This document shows positions 29,476 to 40,205 of a stretch of DNA of 64,000 bases, piece by piece. Numbering within the stretch: the first letter of the stretch is position 1; each line of letters starts with the position of its first letter. The notes beneath the pieces were generated by a model, which was not told the DNA's origin, made no database searches, and saw nothing but the letters and a program-made list of their open reading frames with translations. The position numbers were made by a program, and so were the translations under genes. Source of the DNA: a virus. The stretch spans positions 1 through 64,000 of the IMG/VR virus record IMGVR_UViG_3300025437_000011, one strand, 5' to 3'.

Positions 29476-31128
29476 ATGGTAAAGGTTCTATATAATGGAG
29501 TTGACGTATTTGGCACCAATGGTGCCCCAACGCCGTTTGTCTCAATTTCTGACCAAATGATAAACTATGGGCAGAGGTGGGGTGTTGCTAAATCAATTAC
29601 GCTCAATGGAATGATTACTGGCGTGGGGTGCCTCGGTAATACAAATAGTTATCAAGACCTGTTAGCCAAGCAGAGTGGCCTTTATAATTCCTTTTCTCAG
29701 GATTTCAAAACATTAGTTATTACCGATTCTTCTACAGTGGCTTTTAGCGGTAATTATGTTCGTGTAAATTCAATTGATTTTGATCGTTCCGCCTATTTTA
29801 GAACTCTTAATTTCAAGGTGGGTTTGATTTATTATCCGCCAGAGCTATTTTCCGGAACTTTCGGAGTAACTTCTCCAACTGCTAGTATTAAATATACCGA
29901 ACAGCAGGATAGGACTGTAAATATTACACAGTCAATTTCCGCAAAGGGCTTCAACACTTCTTCTACTAGTAATAATTCCTTAAGCAATGCTGTAGCATAT
30001 GTTCAGTCCCTAACTGGAACTAGTGCTTTAATTCAACCGACGTTTATTCCTATTTTTGCTAACTCGCTAAATCCTAATGGAATATCTATTACTGGAATCT
30101 ATCCCAAGAAAATTTCGGAAAACATTAATCGAATAGAGGGGACGTATTCTGTTAATATTGATTATTCAATAAGAGAAACCGCGCAAACTTCTACTGTTTT
30201 AAACTACACTACGGATATTAGCTATGATGAAACTAAGGGTTTTTATACTGCTTCGCTAAAGGGATCTTTAAAGGGAACTCGTAATCAACAAATATCAGAT
30301 GTTAGGAATGAGTTTAATACTTATTTTAACGCTTATAATTTAGTTTCTTATATTTTTAATACCTCTATCAATCCTCCGTCAAATGTGGTTTTAAATCCTA
30401 ATGTTGAGTCATATAATATAAATGAAATACAGGAAACTAATACAATTGATTTTTCATATAATTATACTACAGACCCACAGACTGTAAAATTTGACTATAC
30501 TGTTGATTTAAATGGTGATGATTTAAGGGATATGATCACGGTTGAGTTTAATGGTACACTGACAGCAAAGGGGCCGCAAAATTTAAGGCTACCCCAATTA
30601 GAGGCGAGTTTAGCCAATTTAAATGTTGTAACTTTATGTCAAGACTACTATTTAAACAATGCAAAAACCTCTACGGCCCCATTTAACCCAATTCTTAAAA
30701 AATATGCGGTTAAAAGAAATTTAACTAATTCAAATAATTCTTTTGTAGTTACGGCAAGTTTTGATAATAGTCCAATTCCCGTTAACCCTGCTTTCAAGTC
30801 TTTTGTTTGGTCTATTGCGATAAGTCCATCTATAAATACATACATACCAATACAGTATCTAAATGGAGACAATGCGGCATTTAATATGAATTATTATAAA
30901 AGAGGAAAGATAGCGATACAAGGTACGGCACTTTTACCCGATAATTCGGATTATAGTTCATTAGTAAGAACTGAAGCTTTAAATATTTTAAATCAATATG
31001 CGTCTAGTTTTACAAAAAGAGTAAGAGTTGAGGATAAGGTGCATAGAGAACAATTTGCAGAAGAAAATGGTTATGGGTATTCATTTTCTATAGCTGATTC
31101 ATGTGAAACCCCAATTTTTTCAATCTAA
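29476..31128 (+). CDS. Putative tail tip/baseplate protein
   Basis: Similar size and strand-helix-strand periodicity to the preceding gene; position. Confidence 0.55.
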   Translation: MVKVLYNGVDVFGTNGAPTPFVSISDQMINYGQRWGVAKSITLNGMITGVGCLGNTNSYQDLLAKQSGLYNSFSQDFKTLVITDSSTVAFSGNYVRVNSIDFDRSAYFRTLNFKVGLIYYPPELFSGTFGVTSPTASIKYTEQQDRTVNITQSISAKGFNTSSTSNNSLSNAVAYVQSLTGTSALIQPTFIPIFANSLNPNGISITGIYPKKISENINRIEGTYSVNIDYSIRETAQTSTVLNYTTDISYDETKGFYTASLKGSLKGTRNQQISDVRNEFNTYFNAYNLVSYIFNTSINPPSNVVLNPNVESYNINEIQETNTIDFSYNYTTDPQTVKFDYTVDLNGDDLRDMITVEFNGTLTAKGPQNLRLPQLEASLANLNVVTLCQDYYLNNAKTSTAPFNPILKKYAVKRNLTNSNNSFVVTASFDNSPIPVNPAFKSFVWSIAISPSINTYIPIQYLNGDNAAFNMNYYKRGKIAIQGTALLPDNSDYSSLVRTEALNILNQYASSFTKRVRVEDKVHREQFAEENGYGYSFSIADSCETPIFSI

Positions 31129-33674
31129 TGGCCGAAAATTCAGTTCAATATTATATTAATAATTATAGTTTAGTTCCAAGCGGAGCTATGGGTTTTTATT
31201 ATGATTATAACGAATCGGGAAGTTGGTATATTCCAAATATAACAGGAGTTAATGGATTGAACGGATATGTTGTTGGGGGCCCTGCATCATTTATTAATGA
31301 TAACTTGCTGGCTTATTGGAGTTTTAATAGTACTGATTCTTCTCAGTATATACCAGATTATGGGCCATCTGGTTATACTTTATTAACAAATCAGAATGAT
31401 GGTTTTCAATATATACAGGACACTCCGGGTGTATCCACTCTTGGTCATTTTTTGAATGCCATTAGTTTATCGGCGGGAACTAATGAGGGATATTTTATTA
31501 CTATAGGAAGTTTTCCGTTATTAACTAGTTTTACTATTTCTTGTTGGGTAAAATTAGATGGCAATTATAATGCATATAATTTAATTGCCTGTCACTGGGA
31601 TGGTACTGACAATAATTGGAATTTTATTTTTATAATAGATAATAATAATCATTTAACTCTAACAGTTGGGCAGGGAGGTAGCATAGACAATCAGGTTGGC
31701 ACGACAGCAACGTCTGTGGATTTCTCTGATGGACAGTGGCATTATTGCGTTGCAAAGTCAGATGGATCTACTTATATTAGTGTTCAGGTTGATAATGGTC
31801 AAGTATTTACGTCTGCACTGTCTAGTACTTTAGCTGGTGGAGATAATAGTGTTCCTTTTCAAATAGGAAGAAATATCAGACAGGGATTAGTTGCTGCAGG
31901 CATATCTTTGGATGACTTATCTATATGGAATAGCCCCTTATCTACATCGCAGTTAACTACCATAAGTAGTACGCAACTTTTAAATTTAATATCAGCAAAT
32001 CCTGCACCCGCATCATTTTGGCAGAGTTCTGGTAGTGGCTACTATGGCCCATGTTATTCATATACTCAAACAAGTGGTTCTTTGAATTTAACTACTGGAA
32101 CTTATGCGATGGTTTATAATAAAACTGTTCCTAATAGTGCAACTTTACTTTCAACAATATACACAGGACAAGATCAGTCAAATAATATATATTATGGTGG
32201 GTATGAGTTTGGAGTTACAGCAAATAATTATTTGTATTTTGAATATTATTCAATAAATGGCCCACAGGTTTTTAGTTCCAACATTCCACTTTCGGATAAG
32301 GCGGCGGTTTTTTTAACATTAGATACGGATAAGGTTTCTTTTGGTAACTATGATTATTTTACATCGCAATTAAATAGTCAAAACATTCCAATTAGTACTT
32401 CTTATTTATTTGCTCCAACTGGGGTTTATGTGGGATATAATCCGAATGCTACGGGTATTTATTGTCATAATAAACCTTTTACTGGATACATAGATGAAGT
32501 GCTATTTTCCACACAACCACTTCAAAGCAGTTCCCTGTCCACGTTATTTAGTGGCTTTGTTAATAATTACGTACCGTCTACTTCTACAAATTTATCTGGA
32601 ATGGTAACTGGGATAACAGGTAGTGGAACTTATTATTCTGGATACTATACTGCAATAACTGGCTATAGTTCAAATCCAACTGGGCTTGTGTATGATTGGT
32701 TTGGAAATACTTATACTGGATATCAGGTAACACCATTGACTGGAACTGTTTCTGGTAGCGGCACTGTTCTTTTAACTGGTTCTTTTTATGTAACTACTGG
32801 GCAAAATAGCACACCAGACATTATAACATTAAATACTGGTTTTAGGGCAACTTTTGGTAAGACCTCAATTAATTTAATTTATCCAATTATTAGTGGTGAT
32901 ATGATTGATGTTAATTTGCCCTCTTTTAATTACCCTGCTGTTTACGAAAATAATTTATCGTTAAGTTATAACAAAATAAACCAGTCTTTTTATAATTCAT
33001 ATTTGCAAAATAATAATTTTAATAATTACGTTGTATTTCATGACGGACTAGCTTTGAATTCTGGTTTATATAATAATTTTGGCGGCGTGTATAATCCTCA
33101 GACTCAAATTTTAAATGATTATTTTGTAGATACTAATAATGAGATTATTTTAGGTACTGGTTTTAATGTAGATATTAATACATTAGATGTTATCATGGCC
33201 GATACTTTTACTGGAATTTATAATTCTGGAATGTATATTTCGAATTTTAACTTAACAGCTTTGGCGGCATCTTCTGGTGTTTATGTTTTACCTTGGAATG
33301 CTTATTTATATAATATATATTATAATGGACAAAAGTTATTAAGTGGAAATAATTCTAATATTAATATATTAACACACTATGGCATTACAGGAAATGGGTC
33401 TTCTATTTATTTTCAAACTGGATCTATTTTTGATAATAATCAAGGCCAGCTATTTGCGCTCCCCCGAAATTTCCAAATTGAAATAACTGGAAATGCACAA
33501 ACATTCTATAATTTGCCACAATTTTATAATGGTTATTCTGAAGTATATCGGAATGGTGAGCGCCTATTTGTAGAAGAAGACTATTTAGAATTAGCAACTT
33601 ATGATATAAATTCTGGGCAGGGTATTTTTGATACTCACCCGTATTTATTATATAATAATAACGATTTGTTTTAA
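31128..33674 (+). CDS. Tail protein with LamG/concanavalin A-like domains
   Basis: LLAYWSF, FTISCWVK, DGQWHY, LDDLSIWNSPLS (LamG) plus a second FTGYIDEV motif. Confidence 0.75.
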   Translation: MAENSVQYYINNYSLVPSGAMGFYYDYNESGSWYIPNITGVNGLNGYVVGGPASFINDNLLAYWSFNSTDSSQYIPDYGPSGYTLLTNQNDGFQYIQDTPGVSTLGHFLNAISLSAGTNEGYFITIGSFPLLTSFTISCWVKLDGNYNAYNLIACHWDGTDNNWNFIFIIDNNNHLTLTVGQGGSIDNQVGTTATSVDFSDGQWHYCVAKSDGSTYISVQVDNGQVFTSALSSTLAGGDNSVPFQIGRNIRQGLVAAGISLDDLSIWNSPLSTSQLTTISSTQLLNLISANPAPASFWQSSGSGYYGPCYSYTQTSGSLNLTTGTYAMVYNKTVPNSATLLSTIYTGQDQSNNIYYGGYEFGVTANNYLYFEYYSINGPQVFSSNIPLSDKAAVFLTLDTDKVSFGNYDYFTSQLNSQNIPISTSYLFAPTGVYVGYNPNATGIYCHNKPFTGYIDEVLFSTQPLQSSSLSTLFSGFVNNYVPSTSTNLSGMVTGITGSGTYYSGYYTAITGYSSNPTGLVYDWFGNTYTGYQVTPLTGTVSGSGTVLLTGSFYVTTGQNSTPDIITLNTGFRATFGKTSINLIYPIISGDMIDVNLPSFNYPAVYENNLSLSYNKINQSFYNSYLQNNNFNNYVVFHDGLALNSGLYNNFGGVYNPQTQILNDYFVDTNNEIILGTGFNVDINTLDVIMADTFTGIYNSGMYISNFNLTALAASSGVYVLPWNAYLYNIYYNGQKLLSGNNSNINILTHYGITGNGSSIYFQTGSIFDNNQGQLFALPRNFQIEITGNAQTFYNLPQFYNGYSEVYRNGERLFVEEDYLELATYDINSGQGIFDTHPYLLYNNNDLF

Positions 33675-33677
33675 AAA

Positions 33678-36371
33678 ATGACCACAAGGAATTTAATAAC
33701 TGCGCCACAAATTAGAGGAGATAATTTCTTTGGAGGTTTGCCATATGGAGTCAGTTGGGATTTTAAAGATGGGTCTACTCCATCAACATTAAAGGTTCAA
33801 TTGGTGAATGAGTTGGGGCAGTATACCGTTACCTCGAATGATTTGTCTTATTTAAAGTCTTCTACTGTAACTATTGGAAACTTGGTTTTTAGGGGTTATT
33901 TGACTGATTTTTCTATAGAAAAAACTCCAGAACAAAAAATTTTAACCCTAGAATACACTGATCTTAGTGCGGACTTGGAGCGTTGGTATGTTGGTTTGTA
34001 TAATAGATATGGATACGCCACAAATAAAGACGCAAGATTAATTATCGTTGGAAAGATCTACCATCCTTGCGATCAAGCTTTAAGCTCTACCGCTGGTGCA
34101 AATAATCATTCATCTTTGGATGTTTGTGACCCCTGCCCATTTATGCCTTATGATAAGTATGCAAATTCTTGTGGTGGAACAGCTACTTCTCCGGCCGCTT
34201 TAATAGATTTTCAAATCTTTGAAGTATGGTATACTTTTGATGATTTATATAATGAGATATCAAAATATTTTTCGGTTAGTGGTGGGGATAAAATTACTAA
34301 AAATAGCAACAATTATCCGTTCAGGGCTCAACATACGGGTAGCTTAAAAAGGGTTCTAGATGCTTGGTGTGCAGACTTGGGTTTAGTATATTATTGGGAT
34401 CCATTTGTTAATAAATTATTTTTCATAGATCGGTCAAAACCTATTAATATACCACCTGCTAATATTGTCGGGGCCGACCCTTTAATTGTTGACTTTACAT
34501 ATGGGGCAAGTAAAAAAAATACCTTCTCTAGGGGATTTCTTGGATATTTTTCAAAAGATGGGTCTATACATGATTATAATTGCACTATTGATCCTACACA
34601 GAGTTTTATTGATACTGCGCCCGTAACTTTTGAGGATTTAATTGGTGTAGATGATGATGGGGATTATAGTGTGGGAACTTATTCTTATTTACAAAAATTA
34701 CAAATACAAACTGCTTTGGCCTATTACAGTAGGGCATTAAGAGATTCATTTTTATGGTTCGGATATTATGAAATTATTACTAAGGATGGGGCGAAATCAG
34801 CTATAGGTCAGTCATTAATTGAGTTTGGTAATATGGAAATATTAGATGTATATTCTCAAGATGACTCTTCTCCTGAAAAGTTTAAAAATATAAACGAGAA
34901 TTTGCCATCACAAAAAAAACAAGATCTAGCGGGATTTAGCTATTATTATATAGTTGCATCTTATGATGATGATCTTGCTAGTAGTCAGTTTACAAATGTA
35001 GAGGATAGAGCAAATAATTTATTAGGTAAATATTGGTACTCTAGGTTTAATACTCCTATACCAGGTGGAACAAATGCGAATACAAATGTAAATGTAAATA
35101 CTGCAGATGGGGGAAGTGGAAATTGGTATATAAGTGGTACTGATTTATCTACATTACCTATTTTTAAATTTGGATTTGCTGCTGATTCAAATATTGGTAA
35201 CTTGGTAACTGCTTCTAATACAGATGATGAAAATAATAGTACTTTAATAGATTCTGGAGTTTCCGGTGGTGGAAATTATGTTACTGGAGAGCAAGATAAA
35301 GTTGTGACTTCTTTTGTTCTTGCAACAAGGGAGCCGCAATGGTGGCCTAGTAAAGACAAGATACAAGATTATAATTCTCTATTTAAATGGTACGATGACT
35401 TATTGCCAGAGCTTTTTGATGATGGTCGTCCAGAGGTTTTATTTAATATTTACCCTGAAGCGTTAAAAGATCCAACTATAAAGTTATTTATTGCCAAGGA
35501 ATATCCTGCATTAAGATCTTCTGATAAATATCAGATTATAATACAACAGGGGTCTAACGATAATGAACCTACATCTCAATCTCCCAAAAATAAAATTGAA
35601 CAAGATGTTTTAGGTAATCCTGTTAAATTATTTGAGGGTATGTGGGGTTTAAGATCTAATAAAACGTGGATATTAAGTCTACCCGGTATGTCTATAACTC
35701 TTCCCGTTGGGGCGTGGAAGTCAAATGGCGCAAGTCAAAATTCTAGTTCAGATTTTGTTAGCGGACAAACATCTAGTTTGGGAAAAACTTCGATTATTGA
35801 TCCAGCTGCTCCAGCTTATACCATTGCACTAAATGTTTCAGAAAGTTTTAAAAAAGTATTACCAAAAGTGGAACATGTTTATCAGCAGTTAGTATCAAGT
35901 ATAGATGTAGCTAAAATTGATTATCACTTTAAGGATATTAGAGAAAATAATTTAAGTTTAGTGCAGGGGATTAATAGGTCTTGTATTCCTACTGGAGGTG
36001 ATATTGATAATTATCTAAAGCAAATATCTCAGAATTCTTTTTATTCTATGCCAACGGCACAGCAGAGAATTTCTTATAAAATAGCTGGAGTGAATCCCAC
36101 TACTAGCTATTCAATTAGTCAGGGACTATCTTCTATTCAGATATCTTTAACAAATAATGGATTCTATACTTCATATACATTAGAAGATAAGATCATTCGT
36201 GCGCCAAGTGATGATTATGTTTTGCAGTCATTAATCGCAAGAACCATAGATCGTGGCACCCTGTCTTCCAGTCAGCAAAATGGCCCAACAGCAAAGATGA
36301 TAGGAAACTCATACAATAATAGTCAGGGTAGTTTTAATAACACTCCAAATCCGGGACAAATTAAGCAATAA
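33678..36371 (+). CDS. Putative baseplate hub/tail tip protein
   Basis: PSTLKVQLV, FRGYL..FSI and LKRVLDAWCADLG..YYW resemble hub-protein patterns. Confidence 0.55.
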   Translation: MTTRNLITAPQIRGDNFFGGLPYGVSWDFKDGSTPSTLKVQLVNELGQYTVTSNDLSYLKSSTVTIGNLVFRGYLTDFSIEKTPEQKILTLEYTDLSADLERWYVGLYNRYGYATNKDARLIIVGKIYHPCDQALSSTAGANNHSSLDVCDPCPFMPYDKYANSCGGTATSPAALIDFQIFEVWYTFDDLYNEISKYFSVSGGDKITKNSNNYPFRAQHTGSLKRVLDAWCADLGLVYYWDPFVNKLFFIDRSKPINIPPANIVGADPLIVDFTYGASKKNTFSRGFLGYFSKDGSIHDYNCTIDPTQSFIDTAPVTFEDLIGVDDDGDYSVGTYSYLQKLQIQTALAYYSRALRDSFLWFGYYEIITKDGAKSAIGQSLIEFGNMEILDVYSQDDSSPEKFKNINENLPSQKKQDLAGFSYYYIVASYDDDLASSQFTNVEDRANNLLGKYWYSRFNTPIPGGTNANTNVNVNTADGGSGNWYISGTDLSTLPIFKFGFAADSNIGNLVTASNTDDENNSTLIDSGVSGGGNYVTGEQDKVVTSFVLATREPQWWPSKDKIQDYNSLFKWYDDLLPELFDDGRPEVLFNIYPEALKDPTIKLFIAKEYPALRSSDKYQIIIQQGSNDNEPTSQSPKNKIEQDVLGNPVKLFEGMWGLRSNKTWILSLPGMSITLPVGAWKSNGASQNSSSDFVSGQTSSLGKTSIIDPAAPAYTIALNVSESFKKVLPKVEHVYQQLVSSIDVAKIDYHFKDIRENNLSLVQGINRSCIPTGGDIDNYLKQISQNSFYSMPTAQQRISYKIAGVNPTTSYSISQGLSSIQISLTNNGFYTSYTLEDKIIRAPSDDYVLQSLIARTIDRGTLSSSQQNGPTAKMIGNSYNNSQGSFNNTPNPGQIKQ

Positions 36372-38710
36372 TGATTAATATAACTGGCATAAGATATCGC
36401 AATATTTACCCCCAATCGGGAGTAAGTTGGTCTACTTATGTTCGCCCAAATCAAACATCCGGACACTGTCAGTTTTTATTTTCGGGAAGTAGTGGTAATT
36501 GTGTTGTATTTGATTTATACAATGGAAAAATATTATCTTCAGATAAAAGATTGCTGGGCTCGTATAAGAGTGGGGATAATTTGTTTTTTTCGGGAAATTT
36601 ATCTCCTAGCGGCGCTGATTTATATTTAAATTCTATTCCTTTGTATTTGGGGTTAAATATTGCTAATGTAAACCAATTATTTTCTGGAGTGTATTTTAAA
36701 AATTTAGGGCAAAGTTCTATAGGTTTTAATAACCTTACAATTTATGGCGACAATATACCTCCATATTTTTATCAGCCTTTTTATACTTTTTATAAAGGTC
36801 AGGCCACAATTCCAATTCAGCTTGTTAATAGTGGTAATTATCCTATTACTGTCTATTCTGGATATTCTTCTTACAGCGCATTTCCTATAACTGGTACTAA
36901 TCCATTGGTTAATATTCCTAGTGGCGGAACTGGTTATATTTACGCATCAAATACTAATTCAATAGATCTTTCCTCTAAAACAAAATCTATTTCAATATCC
37001 TTATATACAAATATAGGTGTTATTCCTATGTCTGTAAATATTTCCGGATTGTTTACTAATACATTATCTCTGATTAACTTGGGGCCAACTAGTAATATTA
37101 TAAAAAATAATGTGCCAAATGTTTATAGCTTGACATATAGAAATACAGCGCAAACCCCCGTTAGTGTTTCTTTGGCATATGTCAGTGGATATACTGGAAA
37201 TGTATATAGTCCAATTCAAGTTGTTCAAAAATATTCGCAAATAGTAACTGGTTTAATTTCTGGCAGTGGAATTTTTTCTAAATTTTTACAGAATCCATCT
37301 ACTGGAACTGGAACTCCTACTTATTATGTACAGCAGTACAATACAGTTTTAGGCAGGAATGAAACTACTACCGCATCTGGGATTTTATCTACTGCTTCTT
37401 TGTATGCGCCAGATAGTTCAGTTAGTCAAAATATATCTTATACTGCAAGTGGATTGGGAAGTATTTGGTCTGGAAAGAGTTGTATTATTAACGGATCTGG
37501 AATTGCTTATGGTATAATGTGTTCTGGATATGTTGATTATATAACTGGCGGAATATTAACGGGAAATGTACCACTGGGAACACCAATGTCCCAAGTTTAT
37601 TTTAATAATTTATTTACTGGCTATTTAACGGGAGCGGGAGCAAGTTCTTCTTTTGTTTATACTCCTAATAATTCTTTAGTTTTAAATTCTGCATTATTAC
37701 CATCACAATATTCAATCAATTATTTGAGTGCTATTGGTTCGGGGTATGTAACTGGAACTCCAACTGGTAGTGCGTTAGTACAATCAAATGTAACTGGTTA
37801 TTTTTATAATCCAGTAACTACTGGGTTATATTTTAATAAAATTTTAAGCGGAATTGCAACTGGAAATAATGGATTTATAACCACGACTGTAACGGGTAGT
37901 GTTTATTTAGTAGATCCTATTGTTGTGTCAAGCTATTCTTCTATTATAGATTATGCAGCTTTAACATATATAAATAGTGATATATTTTTTACTGGAAATA
38001 TGGCATCTATTGCGCCGAGTAATATTTCTAATGTTTTAATTTATAGCAACCCTACTGGATTAATAATTGGGACTTCTTCTTATGGTTATTTTAACGGTGC
38101 GGGAACTTTAATTGGAAGTCAAACGGGAACAATTGTTTATGCTATTAATAATGATGGTAATGTTTATAATTTTACTGGTGCAAATCAGTTTAGTGTGAAT
38201 ACTTTAACTGGTAGCTATAATGTTTCTGTCGCGGCAACTGGAACTGGATCATGGTTGGCAACGGGAAATTTAACTGGACAACTTTACGCATATCAGGGTA
38301 AAAGGTCTTTTACTGGGGTTTGGACGTTTGCTACTGGTAAAAATATATCTAAATTGAATAACGTTCCGACTTCTGGCACAAGCGGTAATTTGTATGCTCA
38401 ATATTTATCAAGTAGTATAGGTATAAATTCAAATTATGTTTCGCAATTAAGTATTGGTTATAATGATTTATTCTCAATTACCAATAACTCTCCATATATA
38501 GACTCTGCTATTCTTAATGTATCTGGAAAAAACTTTATAGCTCAAGGATATGACAGTGGCGTGTCTTTATATATACAAAATAATACAGGCATATCAAGTT
38601 CTATTAATCCTGCTTTAAATTGTCCACCTGGTTATTATTGGAATAATTGTTGGAATTACTGTATACAATGCACGGGGGCTTGGGATATGTCTGCATGTAA
38701 TTGTTTCTAA
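36371..38710 (+). CDS. Putative tail fibre/spike protein, very TG/SG-rich, with Cys-rich C-terminus
   Basis: Composition and position at end of tail module. Confidence 0.55.
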   Translation: MINITGIRYRNIYPQSGVSWSTYVRPNQTSGHCQFLFSGSSGNCVVFDLYNGKILSSDKRLLGSYKSGDNLFFSGNLSPSGADLYLNSIPLYLGLNIANVNQLFSGVYFKNLGQSSIGFNNLTIYGDNIPPYFYQPFYTFYKGQATIPIQLVNSGNYPITVYSGYSSYSAFPITGTNPLVNIPSGGTGYIYASNTNSIDLSSKTKSISISLYTNIGVIPMSVNISGLFTNTLSLINLGPTSNIIKNNVPNVYSLTYRNTAQTPVSVSLAYVSGYTGNVYSPIQVVQKYSQIVTGLISGSGIFSKFLQNPSTGTGTPTYYVQQYNTVLGRNETTTASGILSTASLYAPDSSVSQNISYTASGLGSIWSGKSCIINGSGIAYGIMCSGYVDYITGGILTGNVPLGTPMSQVYFNNLFTGYLTGAGASSSFVYTPNNSLVLNSALLPSQYSINYLSAIGSGYVTGTPTGSALVQSNVTGYFYNPVTTGLYFNKILSGIATGNNGFITTTVTGSVYLVDPIVVSSYSSIIDYAALTYINSDIFFTGNMASIAPSNISNVLIYSNPTGLIIGTSSYGYFNGAGTLIGSQTGTIVYAINNDGNVYNFTGANQFSVNTLTGSYNVSVAATGTGSWLATGNLTGQLYAYQGKRSFTGVWTFATGKNISKLNNVPTSGTSGNLYAQYLSSSIGINSNYVSQLSIGYNDLFSITNNSPYIDSAILNVSGKNFIAQGYDSGVSLYIQNNTGISSSINPALNCPPGYYWNNCWNYCIQCTGAWDMSACNCF

Positions 38711-38723
38711 ATATATAAAAATT

Positions 38724-39368
38724 ATGGCATATTTTAAATCATTTTCATCTGGAAATCTTCCCCCGAACTTACCCTTCTTTTTGTATCCCACTATTGATAA
38801 TGATGGCATAAATGCGCTTGCAGTAACTTATGGAGAGGTAGATGGTATTCCGCCAAAAGAAATGCTAGATGCACAAGGAAATAATATTGATTATTTAGTC
38901 TATGCTTCTGACATTGGAGAGTGGACGGTATTATTAATGACAACCTTTAATGGAGATACTTTTAGAATAGAAAAAAGTGATATTATTTTTGTTAATTCTT
39001 CTTTTGTTGATTCCTATACGGAAAGTGACACTATAAAATATGTGGTGATAGGTACAGCTATGGTGACTCAAGACCCAATTACTGGAAACTATTCTTATTC
39101 AGTAACTCTTCAGGCACGTGTTGGTAACGTATACACAGATAGAGCGGTATTTATTTCTGACCAAGATGGTAAGCAGACACTTTATATGGATTATAAAAGT
39201 TTAGTTTTGATTCCAGATGGTAATCCAACTGGTGGTACTCCCAATTTTAAAACTAAATTAACTGTGCCCCCATTAGATGGGGGTAGTGATGCTAGTTGGC
39301 GGCAGATATATGTTTGTGTAGATGGTGTTACCAAAACTATGTATGTTTTTGGGACTGTGCCTAAGTAA
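38724..39368 (+). CDS. Hypothetical protein, last gene of the structural block
   Basis: 214-aa acidic beta-rich ORF. Confidence 0.55.
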   Translation: MAYFKSFSSGNLPPNLPFFLYPTIDNDGINALAVTYGEVDGIPPKEMLDAQGNNIDYLVYASDIGEWTVLLMTTFNGDTFRIEKSDIIFVNSSFVDSYTESDTIKYVVIGTAMVTQDPITGNYSYSVTLQARVGNVYTDRAVFISDQDGKQTLYMDYKSLVLIPDGNPTGGTPNFKTKLTVPPLDGGSDASWRQIYVCVDGVTKTMYVFGTVPK

Positions 39369-39381
39369 CTCTAATATAGTA

Positions 39382-40167
39382 TTATTTAATTTTTGAATTT
39401 TTATTCTTAATCCCACTTACAATAGTAAAGATTGATAAAGGAGGGATATCATCACATGATTGCCATGTTTCAGCTCCTTCAATTTTCTTTTTAATTGCAC
39501 CCTCTTTAATTTGCTCAAAAGAAATATTATAATCATTCATTGTTTTTTGCAATAGAGACGCTGGCTGGGAAGATGTTCCCTCTGATTCTTGAGTGATGGG
39601 TGATGAGTTTTTTCCGCCCATTTCATCACTACCAACAATATGAATCTTTAAAAAACTACGCACACAACGAACAAAAGCGCGATTTTCAGCAATCGCCATT
39701 AAAAAGTTTTTAGCAAAATTATGTGTATTATCCCAATGGGCATCGGCAAGGGATGAAAAGCTAACTGCTTTACTGCCTGTCTCATAATTTGGCGTAAATT
39801 CAATAGTACATTTAACTGCAACATAATCCGGTCTAGATTCTATAACCTGATATGAAACATCTTTAAAGCCCCTAATTTGAGCTAGTTCCTTAATACCAGC
39901 TAGTAGGATTAATAATTTATTATCTGGAAGTGTTGTGACATCTAAAGACTTTAGGTCAAGATTTTGATCATTTTTAAAGGCATCCTTATTTGGAACAAGA
40001 TACTCTGGGCGGATCATTGCGCGCCAGTTAATCGTATTGTCATCATTAAAGACATAATCAACCCCATTTAAAAAACCATATTCATCTCTAGAATAGCCAA
40101 TTACTTTATCTAAATATCGAGTCACGCCAAGCTCACTCGGAACTTCAGTATTTTTATCTTTTGCCAT
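39382..40167 (-). CDS. Putative Rad52/Sak-like single-strand annealing protein (likely start ATG 40167)
   Basis: VAVKCTI...FSSLADA...AIAENRAFVRCVR matches the Rad52-fold pattern; promoter overlaps the TTG at 40173. Confidence 0.5.
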   Translation of the reverse strand: MAKDKNTEVPSELGVTRYLDKVIGYSRDEYGFLNGVDYVFNDDNTINWRAMIRPEYLVPNKDAFKNDQNLDLKSLDVTTLPDNKLLILLAGIKELAQIRGFKDVSYQVIESRPDYVAVKCTIEFTPNYETGSKAVSFSSLADAHWDNTHNFAKNFLMAIAENRAFVRCVRSFLKIHIVGSDEMGGKNSSPITQESEGTSSQPASLLQKTMNDYNISFEQIKEGAIKKKIEGAETWQSCDDIPPLSIFTIVSGIKNKNSKIK

Positions 40168-40172
40168 ACCCA

Positions 40173-40201
40173 ATCGTATAACAATTTTTTGAGACTGTCA
40201 A
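40173..40201 (-). promoter_or_regulatory. Sigma70-type promoter TTGACA-N17-TACGAT
   Basis: Minus-strand -35 at 40201-40196, -10 at 40178-40173; ATG follows 5 nt later. Confidence 0.7.
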
Positions 40202-40205
40202 TAGT

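Noticed and set aside
36371-39368. Diversity-generating retroelement acting on tail fibre C-termini
   Set aside because: No reverse transcriptase and no template/variable repeat pair seen in this window.
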